This document shows, one piece after another, positions 12,122-24,434 of a stretch of 64,000 nt of DNA. Location: the NCBI RefSeq assembly GCF_006345805.1, contig NC_043011.1:32500464-32564463 (forward strand), written 5' to 3'. Made by a program: the position numbers and the translations under genes. The stretch comes from Octopus sinensis (taxonomy: Eukaryota). How positions within the stretch are numbered: the stretch's first letter is position 1; each line of letters begins with the position of its first letter. The notes under the pieces were generated by a model, which searched no databases, was not told the DNA's origin, and saw only the letters and a program-made list of their open reading frames with translations.

Positions 12122-13165
12122 AGCGATCTGGCAGAAACGTTAGCACGCCGGGTGAAATGCTTTGCGGTATTTCGTCTACCGCTATGTTCTGAGTTCAAAT
12201 TCCGCCGAGGTCGACTTTGCCTTTCTTCCTTTCGGGGTCAATTAAATAAGTACCAGTTACGCACTGGGGTCGATATAATCGACTTAATCCATTTGTCTGT
12301 CCTTGTTTGTCCTCTCTGTGTTTAGCCCGTTGTGGGTAGTAAAGAAATAGGTATTTCGTCTGTTTTTCCGTTCTGAGTTCAAATTCCTCCGAGGTCGACT
12401 TTGCCTTTCATCCTTTCGGGTTCGATAAATTATGTACCCTTTGCGTACTGGGATCGATCTAATCGATTGGACCCTTCTCCCAAGTTTCGAGCCTTGTGCC
12501 TAGAGTAGAAAAGAATATTAAAGGCGGCGTTCTGGCAGAAACGTTAGCACGCCGGGCGAAATGCTTAGCGGTATTTCGTCTGTTTTTATGATCTGAGTTC
12601 AAATTCTGCCGAGGTCGACTGTGCCTTCTATCCTTTCGAGGACGATAAAGATAAGTACCGGTAGAGCACTGGGATCGATGCAATCGACTGCCCCTCCCCA
12701 CAAAATTTCGGGCTCCAACTTTTGTAGAAAAGATTATCGTATTTTCTTTCATAATGAATATACTTAGAGGCGTTAGCGCGTCGGACAAAATGCTTAGCAG
12801 TATTTCTTTTGACTCTTTACGTTCTGTGGTCAAATTCTGCTAGGGTCGACTTAGCCTTTCACCCTTTCGGGATCGATTAAAATAAGGGCCAGTTGAGCAC
12901 TGAGGTCGATGTTATCGACACAGCCACTCTCCTAAAATTTCTGGCCTTGTGCCAAAGTTTGAAGCCATTGCGAATGGATTTTGAGGTAGCGAGCTGCCCG
13001 AGTCGTTAGCGCGTCAGACGAAATACTTAGCGGCATTTCTTCCGTTTCTTTATGTTTTGAGTTCAAATTTCGCCAAGGTCGACATTGCCTTTCATCCATT
13101 TGAGATCGATAAAGATATCTAACAGTTGAACATTCTCTCCCCTCAAATTACTCGCCTTGTGTCAA
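12122..13165 (+). mobile_element. Head-to-tail cluster of about six SINE B units (younger and older subfamilies)
   Basis: Repeated GAGTTCAAATT..GAGGTCGACTTTGCCTTTCATCCTTTCGGG; junction AAAGAAATAG|GTATTTCG near 12350. Confidence 0.82.
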
Positions 13166-13171
13166 AAATCT

Positions 13172-13562
13172 CCTTTATTTCTTTTACTTGTTTCAGTCAT
13201 TTAACTGTGGCCATACTGGAGCACCGCCTTTTAGTCGAGCAAATCGACCCCAGGACTTATTTTTTGTAAGCCTAGTACTTATTCTATCGTTCTCTTTTGC
13301 CGAATCGCTAAGTTACGGGTACGTAAACACACCACCATCGGTTGTCAAGTGATGTTGGGGGGGGGAGACAAACAGACACACAAACATATACACACAGACA
13401 CACATATATATACATATATACGACTGGCTTCTGTCAGTTTCCGTCTACCAAATCCACTGACAAGGCTTTGGTCGGCCCGAGTCTATATTAGAAGAGTGGG
13501 ACTGAACCCGGAACCATGTGGTTCGCAAGCAAGCTACTTACCACACAGCCACTCCTACGCCT
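13172..13562 (-). mobile_element. SINE A moiety of 5S-SINE composite 1
   Basis: Full SINE A with a short internal deletion near 13495; head abuts the 5S 3' end. Confidence 0.88.
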
Positions 13563-13570
13563 AAATGAAT

Positions 13571-13675
13571 GCTTACAGCACCTAGGTTTCCCAAGCGGTC
13601 ACCCATCTAAGTACTAACTAGGCTCGACGTTGCTTAACTTCGTTGATCAGACGAGAACCGGTGCTTTCAACGTGG
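13571..13675 (-). pseudogene. 5S rRNA: 5S rRNA copy, 5'-truncated by ~13 nt
   Basis: Minus strand CCACGTTGAAAGCACCGGTTCTCGTCTGATCAACGAAGTTAAGCAACGTCGAGCCTAGTTAGTACTTAGATGGGTGACCGCTTGGGAAACCTAGGTGCTGTAAGC; canonical 5S motifs. Confidence 0.93.
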
Positions 13676-14504
13676 AAAGAATTATGAATAGGCTTGAACA
13701 AAAAAGCCAAACTGAATAAAATGCCCAGACTTGTTCAAATAGAGATTCAGCGTCTATGCTTTTTCTTACTTCAGGTATTGAACTGCAGCCATGCTGGGGC
13801 ACGGCTTTGAAGGTTTATTTTTTTCAGCCGATCAAATCGACTCCAGAATTCAATTTAAATTAAGCCTGGAACTTATTCTATCGGACGTAAAAGAAGCCTA
13901 CACCGATTATCACGTGACTCATGTCAAATGAGAAAGATTTCACGCGAATGGGTTTGGTAAGAGCAAGATGGCAGCATGAGGCGTGTGGTGGGTTGATGAT
14001 GTGTGTTTGAGTGTATGGTTAAAATATATGAGCAGACGATTATCAGTGTGCGTGTGTGTGTGTGTGTGTGTGGGTGTTTTAGAGGAAAGCATGTTGCTTA
14101 TTGAAATCAAGATAGGCAGCAGTGTTAGGAGGTGAAAGATAAATTGTTTTTCAAGAAAAAGTCGGGAAACAAGAGCTCTATAGCATTGTACAGTCCCACA
14201 AATAGATGCAAGAGAGAAAAACATTGAAAAACTGAAGGAGCAAAGCATAGACCTGAGTCGTTCGGTGTTATTGAGTTTAAAGTTTTACAAATGACCTCTA
14301 AAACTACCGGCCAACATCTAACCAGTTTTTTTTCTATGTACAGTAAGCTATACTGATGATGTCTAATGAAGCTGATGACATTTTTTGCAAGTTTAATTGA
14401 AGCGGTCTCCGTGACATGGAAATATAACTAAGGACTACGCACGATGGTGATGTTCTTGAAGAGATATGTGATGAATAAAACAAGTAAAACAAGTAGTAAA
14501 AAAT

Positions 14505-14734
14505 ATGTAGATTGATGGCTAGTTAGATTGATAGATTGATAAATGGATAGATAAACAGATAATCATATATACATATATGAATGGATAAATAGGTAAATAG
14601 ATGGAGAGATCAATATAGATTGGTGGATGGGTGAAGATAGATATAGATACATGGATAGATAGGTAGATAGAGATAGATAGACAAACATATATAACTAGAT
14701 AGATAGATAGACAGACAGACAAACAGATAGATAA

Positions 14735-14780
<46 letters not shown>

Positions 14781-14950
14781 TAGATAGATAAATAGATAGA
14801 TGGATAGACAAATAGAAGAAAATATAAATAAAACAGATAGATAGACTGATAGATAAAAATATAAATAAAATAGATGGATAGATAGATAAATAGAGAGATA
14901 GTTAGATAGATAGATAGATAGATAGATAGATATATAGATAGATAGATAGG

Positions 14951-15011
<61 letters not shown>

Positions 15012-15046
15012 GGATGAAAATATAAAATAGATTGATAGATAGATAA

Positions 15047-15080
<34 letters not shown>

Positions 15081-15262
15081 TGATAGATGGATGAAAATAT
15101 GAATAAAATAGATTGATAGATAGATAAATAGATAGATAGATAGATAGATTGATAGATGGATGAAAATATGAATAAAATAGATTGATAGATAGATAAATAG
15201 ATAGATAGATAGATACATTGATAGATAGATGAAAATATAAATAAAATAGATTGATAGATAGA
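14505..15262. repeat. (TAGA)n array with a 69-bp higher-order repeat at its right end
   Basis: Units TGATAGATGGATGAAAATATGAATAAAATAGATTGATAG.. start at about 15081, 15150 and 15219. Confidence 0.9.
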
Positions 15263-15660
15263 TCTCGGTCGGTATTTCCAACCACGACTGGTCAGTTGTT
15301 CGATCAACTAAATTACCAGGTTCAGTGAATTAGCATGCATTTTATATCGCTTTTATCATGCACACACACGCATATAACCTCCAGTCCATCCATCTATCCG
15401 TCCGTCCGTTCGTCCGTTCATCCGTCCGTCCTTCCATCATTCTCTCCCTCCCTCCCTCCATCCATCCATCCATCCATCCATCCATCCACTCAACCATCGT
15501 TTTCATCCCTCTGTAGACATTAGCATTGGGTCTTATCAAAAAGTATCCATTTTTGGAATGTAGACCAGGAATCCTCAACCAATTTTTATCTATGAACCCC
15601 TTTGATTACTATTTTATTCTGGTGGACCCCCATAGCCATTCGATGTTTAAAAACTAGCTT

Positions 15661-16063
15661 TATAGGCGCAGGAGTGGCTGTGTGGTAAGTAGCTTGCCTA
15701 CCAACCATATGGTTCTGGGTTCAGTCCCACTGCGTGGCATCTTGGACAAGTGTCTTCTGCTATAGCCTCGGGCCGACCAATGCCTTGTGAGTGGATTTGG
15801 TAGACGGAAACTGAAAGAAGCCTGTCGTATATATGTATATATGTGTATGTATGTGTATATATATGTTTGTGTGTCTGTGTTTGTCCCTCTAGCATTGCTT
15901 GACAACCGATGCTGGTGTGTTTACGTCCCCGTTACTTAGCGGTTCGGCAAAAGAGACCGATAGAATAAGTACTGGGCTTACAAAGAATAAGTCCCGGGGT
16001 CGATTTGCTCGACTAAAGGCGGTGCTCCAGCATGGCCGCAGTCAAATGACTGAAACAAGTAAA
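15661..16063 (+). mobile_element. SINE A, full length, nested in the hAT element
   Basis: ATAGGCGCAGGAGTGGCTGTG ... GGTGCTCCAGCATGGCCGCAGTCAAATGACTGAAACAAGTAAA. Confidence 0.92.
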
Positions 16064-16269
16064 TAGTATAGAAACTTCTTTCAAAATTCCTATTTTGTTT
16101 TCCACACATCAACTCGTGTAGGTTGAACTATGTAAAACGTAAGTGAAAGAGAGCTTTGCTGTTTCTTGAAATAAATACCAATACATATATCTAAAGCAAA
16201 ATTTTTTTTCAGGGGCCCTTAAAATATCATTGTGGATACCTAATTTAGTACTTTTTTGCGTGGACCCTT

Positions 16270-16674
16270 ATCCCCGCTGGGATTTGGTTGGAAGCACTCC
16301 GTCGGTTACGACGATGAGGGTTCCGGTTGATCCGAATCAACGGAACAGCCTGCTCGTGAAATTAACGTGTAAGTGGCTGAGCACTCCACAGACACGTGCA
16401 CCCTTAACGTAGTTCTCGGGGATATTCAGCGTGAAACAGAGAGTGACAAGGCCGGCCCTTTGAAATACAGGTACAACAGAAACAGGAAGTAAGAGTGAGA
16501 GAAAGTTGTGGTGAAAGAGTACAGCAGGGATCACCACCATCCCCTGCCGGAGCCTCGTGGAGCTTTTAGGTGTTTTCGCTCAATAAACACTCACAACGCC
16601 TGGTCTGGGAATCGAAACCGCGATCCTATGACCGCGAGTCTGCTGCCCTAACCACTGGGCCATTGCGCCTCCAC
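16270..16674 (-). mobile_element. SINE D (tRNA-like head, body D, tail X)
   Basis: Head GTGGAGGCGCAATGGCCCAGTGGTTAGGGCAGCAGACTCGCGGTCATAGGATCGCGGTTTCGATTCCCAG; tail X shared with 4170 and 50210. Confidence 0.85.
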
Positions 16675-17266
16675 TTATCTCCGCTAAATCTTATATGGAT
16701 CCTCAGGGGCCATACGGACTCCGGTTGAGAACCACTGATCTAGACAAACACTCGTCACTGGAGTACATTTGGGCAACTTGGTCAATTTTTGTTTCTTGAT
16801 AACAATATTTTCATTCCCGATCGCAGCCGATTCATTTCAAATAATTTAAGTCGCTTATGTCCCTGAAAAACCATTAAACAAAGACCTTAACGTTACAATT
16901 TAATTCCGTTCATTTAAGTCGCTCACGCCCTCGAAAAAAACCCCATTAAAACAATGACCTGAACATTACAATTTTTTTCCCGTTCATTTACAATTGTATT
17001 ATCACCTTTGTAATTCTTAATTAAAATAAAATAATAAACCAAATAAAATCAATGAAAATACAATTCAGGTGTATAAACATGAATTATGTTTTATTATTTT
17101 TTTCGTGAAGTCATAGCGGATTTGTAAGTGAATTACGAGTAGTGGATTATTAAACTGAGCTTGCCAATTCAGCAGTGAAAGCTACGGATGATGGAAAATT
17201 CATCAAAGCTGTTGATCCTAGAAGTGTTGTAGGTCATGTAGCAGAACGTGTTCGTTTCAAGCATTT

Positions 17267-17322
<56 letters not shown>

Positions 17323-17442
17323 ATGTGTGCGGATGTGTGGGTGTATGCGTGTGTGCTTGTATATACGTTTATGTGAGTATATAAACAAACACGTGTGTTC
17401 ACGTATAGATGTATATGAATATGTAAGTGTGCATGTTTGCAT

Positions 17443-17512
<70 letters not shown>

Positions 17513-17650
17513 ATAGGTATGTGTATATATATACATATATATATACAAATATATATATATATATATATATATAAGCGCAAAAGCAGTCGTACATCTAACT
17601 GTACACATAGGAGCTATTATACATAAATGTACGTATACATATATATATAA

Positions 17651-17699
<49 letters not shown>

Positions 17700-17816
17700 G
17701 CGTTTGGTTGAGTAAACACGATACATTAATGTGTGTTTGTGTGTGTGTGTATTTGAATAGCTAATGTAATAAGGAAAATGCATTCAAACTTTTATGTTTT
17801 AACAATTGTTTCTATA

Positions 17817-17850
17817 GCAATAATAATAATAATAATAATAATAACAATGA

Positions 17851-17918
<68 letters not shown>

Positions 17919-17955
17919 TAATAATAATAATAATAATAATAGTAATAATAATAAA
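17817..17955. repeat. (TAA)n-(TAC)n-(TAA)n compound microsatellite
   Basis: Direct reading. Confidence 0.95.
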
Positions 17956-18938
17956 ATGCCACAGTCCCGCTATTATTGGAAGTAAGAAGGTCAGGTTTGT
18001 ATAGGATGGAAGATTGCAAAGATAAAGCACTGTACAAGCACTTTGAGAGTGAATGAAACTGAAAATAGGTGGACAAAGAAAGAATGCATGGACAATTTCA
18101 TAGGGATTTTGAAGATAAGACAGACAGAGAAAAAAGACGGCTATGGACGACTAAAAGTGATTTAAACCGAAAACGGAGACTCTAATGTGTGCTGCCCAAG
18201 AGCAAGCATAAAGAACTAATTACATCAAATACAGAATAGACAACACATTAGAAAGTGATAAGTGCAGAATTTGTGGACAAAATGTTGAAACCGTATAGCA
18301 TATTACCAGTCATTGTACGCCACTGGCCCAGAAAGAATATAAGATACGTCATGACAATATAGCAAGGATTGTCTATTTGTCACTTTGCAACAAGTATGAA
18401 CTTGAGCAAAGATGTGGTACGATCATAAACCCGAAGGCATCATCGAAAATGATAATGCAAAAATCCTATGGGATTTTATGATTCAGTGCGACTATGAGAT
18501 AGAGAATAGGAAACCAGACATAGTGTTAATTGAGAAAGAATGCAAACGATGCTGGATCATAGATATAGCATGTCCAACAAGGTATGCGATAGATATAGCA
18601 AACCAACAAGGTATGCGATAAGGAAGAAAGAAAAGTCAGTAGATATGACAGGTTAGCTTGTGAGGTTAAGCAGTTGTGATCGATGAAAGAAGTGGTAATA
18701 GTACCAATAATAGTCGGAGCCCTGGAACAGCAAGTAAAAATCTTGAGAAGTACATGGAACAAATAGGGGCTGCAATAAGGGTGGAGCACTTGCAGAAAAC
18801 AGCACTGCTTGAAACCGCTCGAATACTCCGGATGGTGCTCAAAACATAAGGAGTGTTACCTTAGCTCATTGGTAGTGAACTAAGTAGTACGTCTCCAGCA
18901 TTAGAAGCTGTGCAAACACAATGAATAATAATAATAAT
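17956..18938 (+). mobile_element. R4/Dong-type LINE, 5'-truncated, with CCHC knuckle, RLE domain and (TAA)n tail
   Basis: MHGQFHRD; AAQEQA; DKCRICGQNVETV-HITSHC; RHDNIARIV; ILWDFMIQCD; RKPDIVLIEKE..IIDIACP; VIVPIIVGAL; LQKTALLETARILRMVL; ends AATGAATAATAATAATAAT. Confidence 0.92.
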
Positions 18939-19020
18939 CTGCTGGTTGTGGACAGCTGACACTTTCCATCATACCCAACAAACTATGCTGTGAGTTTTCA
19001 TATAATAATAATGATAATGA

Positions 19021-19600
19021 TTTCATTTATTTGCCACAAGGGCGAAGGATGAGGGGATCAATACAGACAGACGTAAAGTGTTGGGGTGTACATATAATGA
19101 AATGATGAAAAAGAAAGTGAAAGAAAGTAAGTATACACGGTATACACTGAAAAAGAAAGGACATATGCATAGCGTACAAAAGTTTTAAAAAAGTGGTGGG
19201 GAGGATGATAGAGATGTGACCCTCCTGATACCCCACAGTCCGAGATTTCCCTGAAACCTCAGGAGTAAGTTCCCTCTTCAATTCCTTCTCTCTGACTCAC
19301 AGGTCTACACTTAGAGAGGTACCATCCAGTCTTGCTATTTTCGCAACTTCCACCCACCTTCCAATAAACTCACTCGAGAACAGCACTTCCCTCTCCACTC
19401 TGAATTTCCTTTTCAAGTGAAACATGAAGAAGTCAATGAGAGCTCTACCAAAGAGGAATGTATCTTATGGATGTATTATTAGAAAGCCGTATTACTGCGA
19501 TATTCCCCTTGAGAGTTCCTCTCATACACAGATCCTCTCGTACAGTGCTAAAGGCACAAATATATTATTACCAGACAAGAATCGTCTTGCATAGGTGAGC
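19021..19600 (-). mobile_element. L1/Tx1-like LINE 3' end (ORF2 C-terminus plus 3' UTR)
   Basis: Minus frame GRALIDFFMFHLKRKFRVEREVLFSSEFIGRWVEVAKIARLDGTSLSVDL*, resembling Tx1-type ORF2 ends (recognised from memory, not aligned); UTR ends CCCTTGTGGCAAATAAATGAAA. Confidence 0.62.
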
Positions 19601-20827
19601 GATCTGCGAGATCACACGATTTCAGTGTACATGTCATTCATCAGTTGCAGGCGTCTGCTTATCGCATACCAGTCACATTCCACTGCTAACGATATATAGA
19701 ACAAGTCGTATAGCACTCGATCAGCTAACAGTGTCAAGATATAATAAAATCTGCTGAGGGCTTTGAGAAATACAGTTGCCCAGGGTTTCGTGGCCGAAGT
19801 AGGAATTTTTTGCCACTTAACAATATATGCATAAATGCACATCATATATTATACAATATTATATTATATTATATTATATTATTATATTATATTATATTAT
19901 ATTATATTGTGTCACTTGTTATGACGTGGGTGTGAACGTTGGGTGTAAAAATAGTATTACTCAAATACTTATTTGGAATGTGGTTATCTAGAATAATCTA
20001 TCGCCGAATATATGTTCACAAAGAACGCTCTTCGTACTGCTCGAACGTAGATACGACATTAAAACAACACACGTCGCACAAACATAGTAACCAATACGGT
20101 CGACCAACACTGTCGACTGTCGCTAACACTTCACTCAGTTCTTTATTTTATTGAAATCATTTAGTACACTTTCAGTCACGTGGGGGCTTTCAGCTGAATA
20201 GCTTGTTGCCAGGCAATTTTTACAACAGAATGTCTTGTAGAAATTTTTGTTTATTCCATGTCAGACCATGACTTCCCCGACAGATAGGACTCTTGAGCAG
20301 GACAGATTTATGCAATTTTTCGCAAAAAACTTCGTTGAGGATTTTTTCCTCTTTTAAATTATTTATTTGTCTGTTCGACTATTTCACATGACTTTATTCA
20401 TTAAAATTTCAGAAGTTCTTACAACTTTGTCGTCGTAATGCTTTGCTTTGATTTGTTTAATAAAAAAATTCCTCCTCCTAATGATTTTGCCTTCATTTAG
20501 TGATAGATAACTATCATTCAGAAAATGCGAGCTATCACGAAGCTGTCATGTAGAAAATGTCAGCTTCTATATCTTGTTTTCTGATTAGGTAAAATCGATT
20601 AAACTTTAAAACTCAGTAAAATTTTTCTGCAATTTTTCTTGAAAAAATAAATGACAAAATCGAATTTAACGTGGAAAAGTATTTCAACATACCAAATTTG
20701 AAAATTTTGATGTAATTTTAAAATCTCGCAATATGTGACAGCAACAGGGAAGATCCTACAAAAGTAGAGAGACAGACAGTTATAGGTCGTGACATACACA
20801 CACATAAAGGCACACACGCACACACAC

Positions 20828-20868
<41 letters not shown>

Positions 20869-21454
20869 ACACAAAGGTAATCAGGCATTTAAAATGGTGT
20901 ATAGTATGTATGTATATGTATGTATATATATATGTATGTCTGTGTGTGTGTCTGTATGAGTGTTCCTTTGCGATGGACATCAGAAAATCCACCTACACCC
21001 TCGCTCCTTGAAGCAACGTATTCCTCACACCCACATTTCTGTGTGTGTGTGTGTGTGTGCGTTTTATATCTATGTATTTACGAAAGTATGCATGCGGCGT
21101 CACGTGTATATGACAGCTGTATTAAGTTTACCATCCCATTGCCACAATATTTGTCGCTTACATAACGCAGTTCTCCCTTTTCCTTATATAAGTCACCCTC
21201 ACTCTTCTACTGCGTTTCCCTCTGACTAGCACTCTTTGCACCTTTTTCATTTTATCATATTATTTGCCCAACACGCCTGGGGAGCACATTATAAATTTTT
21301 ATTACAATCCAATTAGCCTATTATTGAACCGGATGTTAGTGTAACATGTATGCAAAGTTTCGTAAATATTGATTCGCGGTTTAGGAACTAAGATGGTAAA
21401 AGACAGAAATTTCCATTTATAATATATAAGATGATACATATATAATATATCTTC

Positions 21455-21640
21455 TGTCTTTTATCTTTATCTTTTACTTGTTTCAGTTATTTGACTGCGG
21501 CAATTCTGGGGCACCGCTTTGAAGAGTTTTAAAGCTTGGCACTTATTTTTATCAATCTCTTTTGACGAATCGCTTGATTACAGGGACGTAAACTCACCAA
21601 AACCGGTTGTCAAGCGGTGGTGGGGGACATCACATACACA
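21455..21640 (-). mobile_element. SINE A tail fragment, diverged
   Basis: CTTTTACTTGTTTCAG..GACTGCGGC..GGACGTAAAC. Confidence 0.7.
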
Positions 21641-21759
21641 CAGCACACACACATACGCACGCACGCATGCACACACATTCACACACACGCACACACATAC
21701 ACATACTGAAAAAAAGTCCGTCGTATATGTGTGTATGTGCGCATGCGTGTATATATACA

Positions 21760-21815
<56 letters not shown>

Positions 21816-21857
21816 ATATTACATATACAAAAGAGACATAATATATATATATATGTT

Positions 21858-21990
21858 GTTGTTGTTATTTGTTCCTTCTCGAGCCATGCCTGGATCATAA
21901 GGGCCAGTTTCCCGGTTTTATTGGCGTATTAGGTTTCCCTTTTGGACGGGACGCCGGTCCATCACAAGTGAGCTGCTAGATGCAGGAGGA

Positions 21991-22049
<59 letters not shown>

Positions 22050-22192
22050 TTGTGGCGAAAGAGTGAGCAGGAGTACGCCATTACATTCTGGCGGAGCTGC
22101 GTTTCGTTCATAAAGATACACATCGCCCGCTCTGAGATTCGAACCCGCGAACACGAGTCCGCTACTCTAACCACTAGGCCATATGCTCCCAC
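21858..22192 (-). mobile_element. SINE D head/body with tail Y and internal (GA)n
   Basis: Head GTGGGAGCATATGGCCTAGTGGTTAGAG; body AAAGTTGTGGCGAAAGAG as at 16500; tail as at 1850 and 25240. Confidence 0.75.
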
Positions 22193-22218
22193 AATATATA
22201 TATGTGTGTGTGTGTGTG

Positions 22219-22253
<35 letters not shown>

Positions 22254-22712
22254 AAATAGATATAATATATATTTGTATGTGTGTGTGTGTATATATAATA
22301 TAAATAATATATATATGTATATATATTACATATATATATTACATATCCATATATTACATATATATGTAATATATATATATATATATTTATATTATACATA
22401 TAATATATATATGTTTATATGTGAATATATATCTAATACTGTGTATGTGTGTGTGCATGTGCATTTATGTGTGTTTGTGAGTAGATGTGTGTTGTATTTA
22501 TTTTTATTGAGGTGTGCAAATGTGGAAGAATCGGGTCGCTGATGGTATGAATGCATAGATGTGAGGAGGTAAGAACGTGAACGAGAGTTTTGATGAAGCA
22601 CATGGGACGGCAAGAGGAAGGTAGAAGATCTCACTGATGTGAGCGAAGGCGCATAACAAAGAAATCCAGGGGTGGGGAAACGTGTTTTAACAAAGTGGGA
22701 CAGCATAATGTA

Positions 22713-22937
22713 TATTTCTTTATTGCCCACAAGGGGCTAAACATAGAGGGGACAAACACGGACAGACAAAGGGATCAAGTCGTTTACATCGACCCCAGTG
22801 CGTAACTGGTACTTAATTTATCGACCCCGAAAGGATGAAAGGCAAAGTCGACCTCGGCGGAATTTGAACTCAGAACGTAACGACAGACGAAATACGGCTA
22901 CGCATTTCGCCCGGCGTGCTAACGTTTCTGCCAGCTC
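22713..22937 (-). mobile_element. SINE B, single unit
   Basis: GAGCTGGCAGAAACG ... GCCCCTTGTGGGCAATAAAGAAAT. Confidence 0.9.
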
Positions 22938-23396
22938 ACAGAAACTGAAAATGCCTGAATTCTGTGAATGGATGGAAAGTCAAAGAAATTAGTAAATATC
23001 TCGAATATTCTGTGCGCCACAATAAGAATGAATAATATTCCCACCACATAAAAATAATTAATCGTTAAACATAGCATGAGTATAGGAATAAAATAAAGGT
23101 AATATAGGTATCTTTATCCCCAAAGATATCATCACTCTCCCCAACTGATTTAAAGTGAATAAAGCAATGATTTTCTTTTATGTCATACTCATAAATAAAA
23201 CAAATGAATTAATTAATAAATAACACAACGGCGGTAAATAGTCTGACAGTCCGGAATGTAGAAGATTGCGCAGAAGATGTAAAGCAGTCTCTAAGAAATT
23301 GGTACGAAGTATAATCTACGAAGGACATGAAATAACTAAGATGAAGGATGTGAAAAACCGGACATTACGCACGCGGGAGAGAAATCAAAGAAAATC

Positions 23397-24025
23397 ATAC
23401 GTACATACATACATACATGCATACATACATACACACATACATACATACATGCATACATACATGCATACATGCATACACATACATACATACATACATACAT
23501 ACATACATACATACATACATACATGCATACATGCATACATACATACATACATAAATACATAAATACATACATAGATGCATACATACATACATGCATACAT
23601 ACATACATACATACATACATACATACATACATACATACATACGTGAGTTCATCATTTAATTATGTATGCGCATGTCCTGACATGCAATTATATGCATCAT
23701 AATAAATACCTACATAAGACAAAACATGCAAATCTGCACATGCACTGACTTCAAATATTGCGCATATACATACATGCATATATACATACATACATACATA
23801 CATACATAATACATACATACATACATACATACATACATACATGCATACATACATACATGCATGCATACATACATACATAAATACATACATACATACATAC
23901 ATACATGCATGCATACATACATACATAATACATACTACATACATACATACATACAACATACATACATGCATGCATGCATACACACATACATACATACATA
24001 CATACATACATACATACATACATAC
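23397..24025. repeat. (CATA)n / (CATG) arrays
   Basis: Direct reading. Confidence 0.95.
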
Positions 24026-24138
24026 AAACAAAAATACACTGTTGATGTTGTGGAACTTCCAATGAAGGGGCCTTGGATCTAAATTTAGAAACAGGCTCTT
24101 TCTCTATTGGCAAGAAAGCTTGAAATAAAACTTGAATA

Positions 24139-24246
<108 letters not shown>

Positions 24247-24434
24247 AGGTACGTACGTACGTATGCTTGAGTGCATGCGCGTAAGTGTATAAGTTTGTAT
24301 ATGTATATATAAATATATATATATATATATATACGTACACATACATACACGTACATGTTTAAATATATACACTCATGCATATGATGCATAGATGTTTATA
24401 ATCTGTGCATGTGTGCATGTATATATGTCAAGGA

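Larger units (their letters stand above)
15566..16737. mobile_element. hAT (Charlie-group) non-autonomous element with two nested SINEs
   Basis: TIRs CAGGAATCCTCAACC / GGTTGAGAACCACTG; 8-bp TSD ATGTAGAC (15558-15565) / ATCTAGAC (16738-16745). Confidence 0.82.

Noticed and set aside
16600-16674. Functional tRNA gene
   Set aside because: The tRNA-like sequence continues into a SINE body; no acceptor-stem closure or terminator. The same applies to the other SINE heads.
17146-17162. 17-bp exact match GATTATTAAACTGAGCT also near 59185
   Set aside because: Flanks do not extend; plausible by chance in AT-rich DNA.
17160-17270. Short protein-like frame LANSAVKATDDGKFIKAVDPRSVVGHVAERVRFKHFS
   Set aside because: Weak splice signals and no recognised homology; needs BLASTX or RNA-seq.
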